44,592 nucleotides of DNA, taken from contig WRAL01000001.1 of assembly GCA_009780285.1 (NCBI GenBank), positions 1-44,592 of the forward strand, read 5' to 3'. Of the stretch, positions 25,927-33,927 are shown one piece after another (within the stretch, counting starts at the first letter, position 1; the number at the start of each line of letters is the position of its first letter). This DNA comes from Treponema sp. GTDB taxonomy: Bacteria; Spirochaetota; Spirochaetia; Treponematales; Breznakiellaceae. Both the position numbers and the translations under genes were made by a program. A model generated the notes under the pieces. It was not told the origin of the DNA and did no database searches. It saw only the letters and a program-made list of their open reading frames with translations.

Positions 25927-26259
25927 CGCGCATCTCCTTTATGATTCTTGTCGCTTCCATGAACAGCCCCGAGCGCTCGCCGGCAAGCCCCGCGCGCCTG
26001 CCCGCGCAGCTTAGGTCCTGGCACGGCGATCCGAAAGTGATTATGTCCACCGGCGCTATTCTCGCGCCGTCTATTTTCGTCACGTCCCCCAGGCTCGCCA
26101 TCTCGGGAAACCATCTTTTCGATACAAGCATTGGCGCAGCCTCTATCTCCGACGCGAACACAGGCGCGATGCCGGCCATGCGCGCCGCAAGGGGAAAGCC
26201 GGCGGTCAAATGCCATCGAATAGGCTTCCGAGCGTTAAATCGGTATTCAATGGTTTCAT
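25565..26259 (-). pseudogene. C5 cytosine methyltransferase catalytic part (motifs I-VIII), motif I frameshifted
   Basis: AAAGGAGGT-ATG 26259 gives MKPLNTDLTLGSLFDGI*; continues in another frame AGFPLA, GSPCQD, WENVPG, PQRRRRIF. Confidence 0.8.
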
Positions 26260-26395
26260 GTCTCACCTCCTTTGGCCCGCCTGCGGATTGCACAATGAAG
26301 TTTCCCGTGCTCCGCGTTGCTCATGACCTGTAGATTTTCCGGACGATTGTCCGCTTTGTTTCCGTTCTTATGGTAGGCGCATGCCCCTTTCTGTA
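26256..26395 (-). pseudogene. HNH endonuclease remnant
   Basis: Frame reads YHKNGNKADNRPENLQVMSNAEHGKLH with no nearby in-frame start. Confidence 0.65.
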
Positions 26396-26409
26396 ACCTT
26401 TGATGCCAA

Positions 26410-26781
26410 TCATACAAACTCTCCCATTTCGTTGTCGTGGACGTTGCCGATGACTCTTATATCGCCTTGGCCCAAAAACGAATGCAATTCCCTGACATAG
26501 AACTCGTCCAGAATATCAGCCATCCAAAAACAGGCATCTTCGAAAACGATTTCGTATTTATCGCCGCTGAAGGTTACAATATCGCCCTCAAAAATCCTTT
26601 CGCTGTCTCTGTAGGAAATGCCGGTGTACTGGCCGACGGTTGCGGGGATAACCCACAGATACGTCTGCGCATTTTCTGACCATATCCCGCAATGCTCGTC
26701 ATCGTTAGGAAAACAAACTAGGCTCCCTTCCATCCATTTGCCCGTGTCTTTCCGCTTCCCCCTGAAAATTATCTCGCGCAT
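26410..26781 (-). CDS. YopX family protein
   Basis: MREIIFRGKRKDTGKW..G...TVGQYTG...IFEGDIV...VIGNVHDN. Confidence 0.9.
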   Translation of the reverse strand: MREIIFRGKRKDTGKWMEGSLVCFPNDDEHCGIWSENAQTYLWVIPATVGQYTGISYRDSERIFEGDIVTFSGDKYEIVFEDACFWMADILDEFYVRELHSFLGQGDIRVIGNVHDNEMGEFV

Positions 26782-27479
26782 TTCGCACCCTCCTTCATTT
26801 CCGGCAAAAGCCTTGCCAGGTTTTTCTTCAGAACCACCTTCGTCCTCGGCTCCAGCCAGGCGATAAGCTCGCGCAGCTTTTCCGCGCTCGGCTCGGGAAG
26901 GCCGTTGCCGCCCGAGTCCGCGCCGATGTTCACCTGCGCCGGCATCATTGTGGACAACTCCCCGCGAAAAATTTCAATGTTGAAATCCAGCACCGGTTCC
27001 ATGGTCAGCATCCACGGTTCGTCGCATGAGATTGCCCACACCTGAAGTGAGGAGAAACGATCCATTGGAGACGGGGCCGCCGACATTTCCGGACGGTGGA
27101 TGTCGCTCTCGATGGTCACGCAGAGCGTGTCGTTCCCTCCGAAGCGATCCTGAAAATCCAATGCGCGGCGGGGGTTCTTGGTGTGCCATAAGTACTTGTT
27201 ACCTGGAAATTCATGCGCGCGCTCCATGCACCTCCATATCCAGTTGCGGGGAACATCGTCGTGGAACAGGTCGCAGCTTGAGCACACGAAAATATTTTTG
27301 CCCGTCCCGAGATTCGCGCCAAGCTCCTTTTCGTCGAGGCGCGGCTCCCCCTGTCCCTTTCCAAACCTGCGCGCTATTTTCTTCACGTAGCAGTACGAGC
27401 AGCCGTACCCGCATTTTCCCTTGACGGGATTCCATGTGTGGGTTACGAAGCCGTACATGTCGCCTGCGGATTTATTCAT
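26769..27479 (-). CDS. DUF5131 (Gp37/Gp68) radical-SAM-like protein
   Basis: TWNPVKGKCGYGCSYCY, IFVCSSCDLFH, TKNP, TMEP, IGADSG. Confidence 0.82.
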   Translation of the reverse strand: MNKSAGDMYGFVTHTWNPVKGKCGYGCSYCYVKKIARRFGKGQGEPRLDEKELGANLGTGKNIFVCSSCDLFHDDVPRNWIWRCMERAHEFPGNKYLWHTKNPRRALDFQDRFGGNDTLCVTIESDIHRPEMSAAPSPMDRFSSLQVWAISCDEPWMLTMEPVLDFNIEIFRGELSTMMPAQVNIGADSGGNGLPEPSAEKLRELIAWLEPRTKVVLKKNLARLLPEMKEGAKCAR

Positions 27480-27853
27480 TGCTCCCTCCTGTTCCACGCG
27501 GCGATTGCTTCCGATTTCTTAAGGCCCCATATCGCCGCGCGGCATAGCGCCCGGTCTAGGCATACAATCTTCCATCCCGGCTCTATCCCGACGACACGTT
27601 CCATACGCGCCTTTCCGCCGCAGAAGGGGCACGGCTTCAAGTCGTCCTCAGGCGCGCTGGGGAAGAATTGCAGGGGGCAGTCAGGCGAACGCCTGACATG
27701 AATGGGTTTGCCCAATGGGTCATACTGAAAGGAAAAATTCATCGTATATTTGCTTACGTCTTTAATACCGCCGGCGAGGCAAACATTTTGTTGGTTTAGC
27801 TCGCATGTATCGCACGATAACGGAGCATGATCGAGCTCAAAAATCGCTTTCAT
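27476..27853 (-). CDS. Lar-family restriction alleviation zinc-ribbon protein
   Basis: LKPCPFCGGKA...C....C...EAIAAWNRR. Confidence 0.75.
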   Translation of the reverse strand: MKAIFELDHAPLSCDTCELNQQNVCLAGGIKDVSKYTMNFSFQYDPLGKPIHVRRSPDCPLQFFPSAPEDDLKPCPFCGGKARMERVVGIEPGWKIVCLDRALCRAAIWGLKKSEAIAAWNRREQ

Positions 27854-28071
27854 TTTTTCCTCCAATATTTTGTTAGAACTGTAACAAGATGAACGAAGGC
27901 ATACATAATCATGGTCGCGAGGAACCAAACCACGAGAAACCGAAACATGTCGCCCGGCTTGACTGAATCCAGCGCGCAAAGCAACAGGGCAATAGGGAGT
28001 AAAGCCAACGCAAAGACAAAAAACGTTCGCAGAAGGAATCGCAGAATTAAGAGCGCAAGTTTTAGTTTCAT
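27850..28071 (-). CDS. Small membrane protein
   Basis: Two hydrophobic helices; ATGA coupling at both ends. Confidence 0.55.
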   Translation of the reverse strand: MKLKLALLILRFLLRTFFVFALALLPIALLLCALDSVKPGDMFRFLVVWFLATMIMYAFVHLVTVLTKYWRKK

Positions 28072-28742
28072 CTTTCCACCCTCCCTAACTCGTACACCCA
28101 AACCCACGGGTTGCTGCCCCAGGAATAGCCGCGCCCGACATAGATGCTGTCCCAGGTCTTCATAAAGCACTGTTCGTCGCAAATGTCTTTTTCGCCGCAG
28201 GGATACGAGCGGCAGCAATCGCAAAACCCTTCAGCGATTTTGTCACTCGCAGTTATGTCCCTCAGCCGCTCCGCCCTTACCGCCTTCACCTCAAGGAACA
28301 GGCGGGCGGCCTCGCGGGGCATGTGGATCGAGGGCCGCCACTTCCAGTTGTTTTCCCTGAACCAGGCAAGATCGCCTTCCGTGGCGCTTGCCCTGTAATG
28401 CAGGTTTCCGGGAGCCGTTTCCGGAATGTCCGCCCACGTCTCCCGCGCGTAGAGAATTTCGCCGGGCAAAAACGGCGGCTTCCAGTGGGCCGCGCCTTTT
28501 ACGTTGCCGCCGCAGTCGAGGCACATTTTGCGCTCCCGCGTCCAAACGGTAAAACGCTCGCGATTGCCGTCGTAAGGATCGACGCGCGCGCCTTCAGGCG
28601 CGTCGCGCGGCTGCGGCTTTATTGCCCGCCGCGTCTGGCTCTTGAACGGCTTGGCCTCGTCGATGGGCTGCGCCGGCCAGACGTCGGGCTTCGTGTTTAA
28701 TAAAGATTGCACCATTTTGGTGCTGAAAAGTATCGGTTTCAT
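28068..28742 (-). CDS. ASCH/PUA-like conserved phage protein
   Basis: MKPILF...QTRR...LYARETW...WRPSIHMPR.AARL.LEV...ERL.DI...AEG...NPWVWV. Confidence 0.75.
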   Translation of the reverse strand: MKPILFSTKMVQSLLNTKPDVWPAQPIDEAKPFKSQTRRAIKPQPRDAPEGARVDPYDGNRERFTVWTRERKMCLDCGGNVKGAAHWKPPFLPGEILYARETWADIPETAPGNLHYRASATEGDLAWFRENNWKWRPSIHMPREAARLFLEVKAVRAERLRDITASDKIAEGFCDCCRSYPCGEKDICDEQCFMKTWDSIYVGRGYSWGSNPWVWVYELGRVER

Positions 28743-28755
28743 TTCGTATCCTCCT

Positions 28756-28980
28756 TCATTTGTCATCCTCCATGAGAATTAAGAACTCTTGCTTAACATC
28801 ATCCCTAATTTCAGAAACGCATCGGCTGGCTGGTTTTCCCAGACAGTACGATACAACGCCGACAGATTTATCATTTCTGATAAACACCTTTTTCTCTCCG
28901 TTAAAGAGAACGGAATAGACACCACAAACCATGCCTTCATTTGTGAACTCAAAAATTGTTTCAACACGGCTAATTCCCAT
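28756..28980 (-). CDS. Hypothetical protein
   Basis: GGAGG RBS; AT-rich. Confidence 0.5.
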   Translation of the reverse strand: MGISRVETIFEFTNEGMVCGVYSVLFNGEKKVFIRNDKSVGVVSYCLGKPASRCVSEIRDDVKQEFLILMEDDK

Positions 28981-29341
28981 TGTTGGCCTCCAACAGCTTC
29001 TTCGCCTGCATTTTGAAAAGAGCGTTGCCGAGCTTCGGCGATCCCGCGCAAAGCTCAATGCAGCTTTCCCGGTTTAGGATATACTTGAACTCGTGTCCCG
29101 CCGGCTTCCCTTTTTTGTCCTTAACGGGAACCGTCATCAGATCGAACTCGTCGGGGTCGGCCTTGAACGCGCGGGCGTTGTCGTTGATCGCGCCGAGAAT
29201 GCCCGTCAGATTTTTCTGGTTTATGCGCATGTCGGACAGAAACTTTTTTCTTTCCAATTCCTTAAACCAGTTCCTCACATGGGTTATCGCGTCGCAGTAA
29301 CCCGCGCTGTAGCAGTTGTCCCGCATCTGTTCCAGCGTCAT
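28970..29341 (-). CDS. Hypothetical protein
   Basis: MTLEQMRD...; ATGA-coupled. Confidence 0.6.
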   Translation of the reverse strand: MTLEQMRDNCYSAGYCDAITHVRNWFKELERKKFLSDMRINQKNLTGILGAINDNARAFKADPDEFDLMTVPVKDKKGKPAGHEFKYILNRESCIELCAGSPKLGNALFKMQAKKLLEANNGN

Positions 29342-29547
29342 TCCGCCTCCTCCTCCGGTTCCGCTGTATGCCTGTCCCACTCCCCGTTGCATTTATCGCA
29401 ATAGAATTTGCGCGGATCGTCGTCGTCCTGCGTCCACCAATCCATGGACATTTGCCAAATCATGTGTTCAAAGTCATCTAAGGAATAGGCGGAGCCGTAG
29501 AATTTCCCGCATTTGTCGCAGGATACGTCGAAGGTCGAGCTAATCAT
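29338..29547 (-). CDS. Small zinc-finger protein, paralog A
   Basis: CDKC...CDKC; near-duplicate of 31540..31767. Confidence 0.7.
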   Translation of the reverse strand: MISSTFDVSCDKCGKFYGSAYSLDDFEHMIWQMSMDWWTQDDDDPRKFYCDKCNGEWDRHTAEPEEEAE

Positions 29548-29571
29548 TGTTCGGCCTCCAGTCGTCGGGCG
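29373..29571. repeat. About 200-bp direct repeat, copy 1
   Basis: Matches 31590-31791; 49-nt identical core 29482-29530 = 31702-31750. Confidence 0.95.
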
Positions 29572-29923
29572 GTCTGCCCCACGGCGTGGAAGCGCAGACA
29601 ACGTAAGGATCGTGAGTGCCACCACCGCTACAGGACTGAACGTTATACGATGTGCGCGCATGTCTGGGGCTACCGTATACCGACCACTGCGAGCACGTAT
29701 AATTCTTCCCGCTTTCGCACGGAGCCCCGCACACAGCGTAAACGGCCCCCGTCCACTCCTCGCCGTGCTCCTCGCGGAATTGCGCGGGCGTGGGCCACTT
29801 GCGATGTTTGCGCGCGCAATGTCCGCGTGCTCCTGCTTCACAACACTCTTTGTAATCTAAGCAATAGACCTCTGCATTGAGGTATCCGGAGCAGTAAAAA
29901 TTCCTGTCAATTTCGCCTTTCAT
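29540..29923 (-). CDS. Cys-rich hypothetical protein
   Basis: FYCSG...HRKWPTPAQF...PPDDWRP. Confidence 0.6.
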   Translation of the reverse strand: MKGEIDRNFYCSGYLNAEVYCLDYKECCEAGARGHCARKHRKWPTPAQFREEHGEEWTGAVYAVCGAPCESGKNYTCSQWSVYGSPRHARTSYNVQSCSGGGTHDPYVVCASTPWGRPPDDWRPNND

Positions 29924-30258
29924 TTTGCTTTCTCCTTCGGCCGGAACAGCCTTGCCCCGCATTCCGGGCAGAACTTAAACGGATCGCCCTTTATGGCATA
30001 TTTGCAGACAGGGCATTTATGCCGGCGCGGATCGCCGTCGGCTCCTTTCAGCCAAAAGCGCGGCTCCCCGAAATCCCGTTCCCATTTTTCGTTCAGGGCA
30101 TTGACAACGAACTTTTTCCAGATCGTGAAGGCTTTTCTCAAGACATAGCTGGGATGGGCGAGCCACATCAAAGACTGATTCATCCGATCGCCGATAAGTC
30201 CTTCCGACGCCTTAAACGGCGGCTTTAGCAGCTCTTTAAGCGTATCGGGTGTTTTCAT
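29920..30258 (-). CDS. Zinc-ribbon protein
   Basis: KCPVC...FCPECGARL. Confidence 0.65.
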   Translation of the reverse strand: MKTPDTLKELLKPPFKASEGLIGDRMNQSLMWLAHPSYVLRKAFTIWKKFVVNALNEKWERDFGEPRFWLKGADGDPRRHKCPVCKYAIKGDPFKFCPECGARLFRPKEKAK

Positions 30259-30878
30259 TCCGCCTCCTCCTCCGCTACCTTCTTGCCGGCATGATCGCCT
30301 TCCAATATCCTTTTCACGATCGCCGCGTCCTTTTCGCTTGTCGCGGGGTACTGCTTGGATATTTCAAATTCTCCATTTTTGTCTATCAAAAGCGCTGTTT
30401 TCCTGGCTCCTTTGACGAAGTAATACATCGGCTTTTTCTCCCATTTGGAGACCGCCCCCGATTCGATGATCGCCCGCGTCCCGGCGGTCATAGTCAGGGC
30501 GTCCTTTTCCGCTTTCGCGATTATGATCTCAAGCTCCTTGGCTCGCTTCCGGTTGTAGCTCCCGCCGCGCGCTTTTATCTCCTCAAGATTGCTCACGGCG
30601 GTCGCGAGCGTCCCGTTTTTGTTCAGCCCGGCGGCAAGATAGATCTCGCGCTCTTCCAGCTTTTTTATTCTTGCTTTTTGGGAGTCGCGTTCCCTTAGCA
30701 GCCTTATTCCCTTGTCCCGTATTTGCGCGGCCCTCTGAAAAAACGCGCCCGCGTTTCCTTTGTCGTTGACCGGCGATCCGTGAGTTTGTCCGTAGTGCGC
30801 GCGCTCCGCCTCAAGCGTGGCATCGATCTCCGCATCTATTCTGTTCAATTTTTTTTGCGCTATCTCCAGCCTGGTCAT
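30255..30878 (-). CDS. Hypothetical phage protein, coiled-coil N-terminus
   Basis: 207 aa; coupled at both ends. Confidence 0.7.
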   Translation of the reverse strand: MTRLEIAQKKLNRIDAEIDATLEAERAHYGQTHGSPVNDKGNAGAFFQRAAQIRDKGIRLLRERDSQKARIKKLEEREIYLAAGLNKNGTLATAVSNLEEIKARGGSYNRKRAKELEIIIAKAEKDALTMTAGTRAIIESGAVSKWEKKPMYYFVKGARKTALLIDKNGEFEISKQYPATSEKDAAIVKRILEGDHAGKKVAEEEAE

Positions 30879-31090
30879 TCCTTATCCTCCGCCATTTGCG
30901 AGCAGTCGTATTCCCACGACCCCGCGCATTCCCCGCAGAGCGGAGCCGCGCACCTTTCGCGCGGGCAAACGCCGGCGGCCATGTAGCACTCGGCCCCTCG
31001 GGAAACGCCGTTCGCGCACTCGGCGCAGGCGGCGCTCTTTTCCGCCGGAGCCGGCGCGCTAGGGCTATTCGCGGCCATCGTTCGCCTCAT
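30875..31090 (-). CDS. Small Cys-rich protein
   Basis: CAEC...C...CP..RC...CGEC. Confidence 0.5.
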   Translation of the reverse strand: MRRTMAANSPSAPAPAEKSAACAECANGVSRGAECYMAAGVCPRERCAAPLCGECAGSWEYDCSQMAEDKE

Positions 31091-31562
31091 CCATTACCTC
31101 CACGTTGGCCATAAGCAACTCAATCGTGTTCGCGTAGGCGCGCCGCAGGATCTCCGAGTCGATCTCCGGCTCGTATACCTTTCCGCCGTTCCTCCCCATC
31201 CCCGCCATCGTTACGTCCGCCGCCATTTCCAGCACGTCGATCAGGCTCACGTCCTGCGGGCATCTTTCGGAAAGGTGATGCCGCTCCTCGCTTACGTGGC
31301 GCCGATACCATTCCCCCGCCTTGAACTCGGGCCCTTTCAGCCCCTTGGCCACGTCCGAGTAAAACTCGTCCATGCCGGAGATTTTCGTGTTGTCGTGGCG
31401 AAGGGTCGCGTCCTTCAGCATATCCGCGAAGAAGCCGAGGGCCTGCCGCACGTCCCCGATATGCTGCAGGGTGGCCTTAAGCAGATCGGCCTTGGAAGGA
31501 ATCTTTCCGGCCGTTCTTGTGTCCGCGTTCGGCGACGGATTAATCCGTATCTTTTTCATCAT
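31065..31562 (-). CDS. DUF5662-like (HD-related) protein
   Basis: T..HI..V...RHDNTK...H...ERHH...LIDVLEM.AD. Confidence 0.65.
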   Translation of the reverse strand: MMKKIRINPSPNADTRTAGKIPSKADLLKATLQHIGDVRQALGFFADMLKDATLRHDNTKISGMDEFYSDVAKGLKGPEFKAGEWYRRHVSEERHHLSERCPQDVSLIDVLEMAADVTMAGMGRNGGKVYEPEIDSEILRRAYANTIELLMANVEVMDEANDGRE

Positions 31563-31767
31563 CGCTTGCCTCCCACTCCGCTACCTTCTTGTCCCATATC
31601 CCGTTGCATTTGTCGCAATACAGTTTGCGCGGATCGTCGTCGTCCTGCGTCCACCAGTCGCCCTCGATGGCATCCATGATCATGTGTCGCAATCCCTCAG
31701 CGGAATAGGCGGAGCCGTAGAATTTCCCGCATTTGTCGCAGGATACGTCGTAGGTCGAGCTAATCAT
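31540..31767 (-). CDS. Small zinc-finger protein, paralog B
   Basis: CDKC...CDKC; near-duplicate of 29338..29547. Confidence 0.7.
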   Translation of the reverse strand: MISSTYDVSCDKCGKFYGSAYSAEGLRHMIMDAIEGDWWTQDDDDPRKLYCDKCNGIWDKKVAEWEASDDEKDTD

Positions 31768-31791
31768 CTTTAGGCCTCCAGTCGTCGGGCG
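31590..31791. repeat. About 200-bp direct repeat, copy 2
   Basis: Matches 29373-29571. Confidence 0.95.
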
Positions 31792-31999
31792 CCTTGCCCT
31801 GCGGAAGGTCGATCAGTTTGAACTGAACGTGTTTGCCATCGGATCGATCCCACTGAGAGCATGGGATGTTCCTTGCTTCTTTGTAGCAATCAAGGTTGCT
31901 GGGATTGCAAAAATAACAATTTCTGCAATCTTCCTTCCACTCGACATCTTCCACAGGCGCAAGCGCCTTTCCGAGCGGAATGTCAAACTTCTTAGCCAT
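31760..31999 (-). CDS. Small Cys-rich protein
   Basis: CRNCYFC...C...CSQWDRSDGK.V.F; ends APDDWRP. Confidence 0.6.
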   Translation of the reverse strand: MAKKFDIPLGKALAPVEDVEWKEDCRNCYFCNPSNLDCYKEARNIPCSQWDRSDGKHVQFKLIDLPQGKAPDDWRPKDD

Positions 32000-32002
32000 C
32001 TT

Positions 32003-32275
32003 TTACCCCTCGCGTCCATCGTCTACGACTCCACACGGAACCCAGCAATTATCATCGCTGCACATTAGATGAAGATCGCTCTCGCGCAGATCGCAGTCGT
32101 CTTTCCTCGCGCATGTGTCGCAGTCATGCACGTATCGAAAGAACGTGCAATGAGGGCTAGGCTCCCCGCAATCAAACAGATCGTCCAGAGCGCAGGAACA
32201 ATCCGTGTCGGGATTACAGAGCGCGGCGAGGTTGTTATCCTCCATGTGCTTGCGCGCCAGTTCATACAGCGTCAT
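32003..32275 (-). CDS. Small Cys-rich protein
   Basis: MTLYELARK...LCNP..DCSC..DDL..C. Confidence 0.6.
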   Translation of the reverse strand: MTLYELARKHMEDNNLAALCNPDTDCSCALDDLFDCGEPSPHCTFFRYVHDCDTCARKDDCDLRESDLHLMCSDDNCWVPCGVVDDGREG

Positions 32276-32627
32276 TGTTCGCCTCCTTTGCCCCGCGCCA
32301 TTTCCAGCTTCGATAGTCGATCCTTCCGCAGGGGTACGCGCATTTATTCCTGTTGGGCCCAGAGGCACATGTGTGGCACGGCTCCTTTTTCAGCTGTGCA
32401 TAATCGGAGCCTTGCTCAAGCGGCGCCATGCTAGTCATAACGCCGTCAAAATCCTCGACAGCCGCGTCGCACTCGATAGTTAGGCGTTCCACCTCCGCAA
32501 GCAAGGCAAGCATGTCATAGGCGCCTTGATAATGTTCATAGTGCCCCCAGTATTCCTGTGCCAATTTTGATTTCTCGTTTGCCTCATTGCTCCGCCCCCT
32601 TATCGCGTCAAGCTCATCCCTGGTCAT
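32262..32627 (-). CDS. Hypothetical phage protein (Ead/Ea22-like start, Cys-rich end)
   Basis: DELDAIR.R...D..ALLAEVERL...C..C...C..C...W.WRG. Confidence 0.6.
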   Translation of the reverse strand: MTRDELDAIRGRSNEANEKSKLAQEYWGHYEHYQGAYDMLALLAEVERLTIECDAAVEDFDGVMTSMAPLEQGSDYAQLKKEPCHTCASGPNRNKCAYPCGRIDYRSWKWRGAKEANNDAV

Positions 32628-32838
32628 CCTTCGCCTCCCTCGCCGCGAGCATCGCGTCCGCAATCCGGTAGCAGTCATGCACATCCTCGCCGCATAAGTT
32701 GGGCCGCGCCATCATCCCCGCCAAAGCCTGCCCCGCGAACCAGTCGCGCAGCTCCATGCCGGGATGGGTACATACACTCTCTGTCCCGAAACTTTCAATT
32801 ACCGGAAACGCCGGCCCGCCGTCTTTCTTTTCGCTCAT
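32614..32838 (-). CDS. Conserved small phage protein
   Basis: GGPAFP...GMELRDWFAGQALAG...Y.IADAMLAAR. Confidence 0.8.
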   Translation of the reverse strand: MSEKKDGGPAFPVIESFGTESVCTHPGMELRDWFAGQALAGMMARPNLCGEDVHDCYRIADAMLAAREAKDDQG

Positions 32839-32849
32839 CCCTTGCCTCC

Positions 32850-33035
32850 TTACGTTGCCCATTCCCCGCTGAGTTTCCGCATCGTGTACCCCCGTAGGTT
32901 GTCCTTGTATTCGCTTTCGACTTTGTAAGATTCGGCGTTGACGAAAAGTTTCACATACACCGCCTCGGGAAAAAGTTCCCTAATTTGTTTGGCGATGTTT
33001 TCCATCGCTTCACTTGTTTCGTTTGCGTTTTCCAT
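32850..33035 (-). CDS. Hypothetical protein
   Basis: 61 aa after CAGGAGG RBS. Confidence 0.55.
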   Translation of the reverse strand: MENANETSEAMENIAKQIRELFPEAVYVKLFVNAESYKVESEYKDNLRGYTMRKLSGEWAT

Positions 33036-33143
33036 AGGTTATGCCTCCTGTAAAAGCTGCCCGTCTTTCCGGGCCGTCATCGGTTTCTTATCTTTTGCGC
33101 CTTGCGCGCAGAGCCTCTAAACCAAAAAATATGGCTCGTCTCT

Positions 33144-33217
33144 TAGGAACGGCGGGGATCGAACCCGCAGTCTCCGCCTTGAAAGGGCGGCGTGTCAGCC
33201 AATTCCACCACGTTCCC
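33144..33217 (-). tRNA. tRNA-Glu (TTC), CCA not encoded
   Basis: Acceptor GGGAACG/CGTTCCT-A; anticodon arm CCGCC-CTTTCAA-GGCGG; T arm GCGGG-TTCGATC-CCCGC. Confidence 0.9.
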
Positions 33218-33282
33218 AAAGTCGCCGGTTTCACGCACCGGCGGTTGCCATCTCCAACGGAGCCAGGCCAGCGGACTCTCTG

Positions 33283-33459
33283 TCATTTTTTCGGGGGCGG
33301 CGCAAGAGCCTCGACGTCGATCCGGATCGTCACGGATCGACTCGCGTTCGGCGCCGTGTTCTCGTCCGCGATGTTGGCGAGGACTTTGCGCATCTCCTCG
33401 TCGAACATCTCGATGATCGCGCCGTTCATGATCGTCCGCAGATCGATTTTTCTCTTCAT
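33283..33459 (-). CDS. Short, possibly truncated phage protein
   Basis: MKRKIDLRTIMNGAIIEMFDEEMRKVLANIADENT...RSVTIRI, 58 aa. Confidence 0.55.
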   Translation of the reverse strand: MKRKIDLRTIMNGAIIEMFDEEMRKVLANIADENTAPNASRSVTIRIDVEALAPPPKK

Positions 33460-33630
33460 TCCTCTTTCCTCCTGCGTTTTTTTTCGCCGTCAGCGACGAC
33501 GCTTTTTTTCCCGATTCCTTCGGCTGGCCGGAAAGCCCGCGCCCTGGCCGCGCCCGCCGCTCCGCTCTCGCGCGGCCAGCGCAATGCCGGCGACGGCGGC
33601 CATGATTATCGCGAATATCGCTAGCGCCAT

Positions 33631-33927
33631 TTATTGCCCCCTTCGCCCGCTCTCTTTCCGTTGCCACTCGTGCGCGGTATTGCCGACCAGGAACTGGATC
33701 AACGCATGTTTAGTGAAGCCCTCCACGGCGCAGCCGCAGCGGCTTAGGTAGTCGATGGCGCCGTAAACCCTGCGCTCAAGCTGCTCGCGCGTCGCCTCCG
33801 CCGGAAGCCCCCCGGTCTCTCCGGCCCGCGCGTCCAGGACGGTCAGTATCCAGGTCTCCGTTCTCGCGCGCTCCGGCGCGCGGGCCTTGCCCAGCCGCGC
33901 GCTTATTTTGTCGATTATTTTTCTCAT
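33631..33927 (-). CDS. Hypothetical protein
   Basis: MRKIIDK...; ATGA-coupled. Confidence 0.55.
   Translation of the reverse strand: MRKIIDKISARLGKARAPERARTETWILTVLDARAGETGGLPAEATREQLERRVYGAIDYLSRCGCAVEGFTKHALIQFLVGNTAHEWQRKESGRRGQ

Noticed and set aside
29373-31791. Diversity-generating retroelement TR/VR pair
   Set aside because: Differences are not confined to adenines and include a 3-nt indel, both copies are coding, and no reverse transcriptase is in the window
33143-33667. 174-aa ORF and the opposite 33041..33751 ORF
   Set aside because: Both overlap the tRNA-Glu and better-supported short genes
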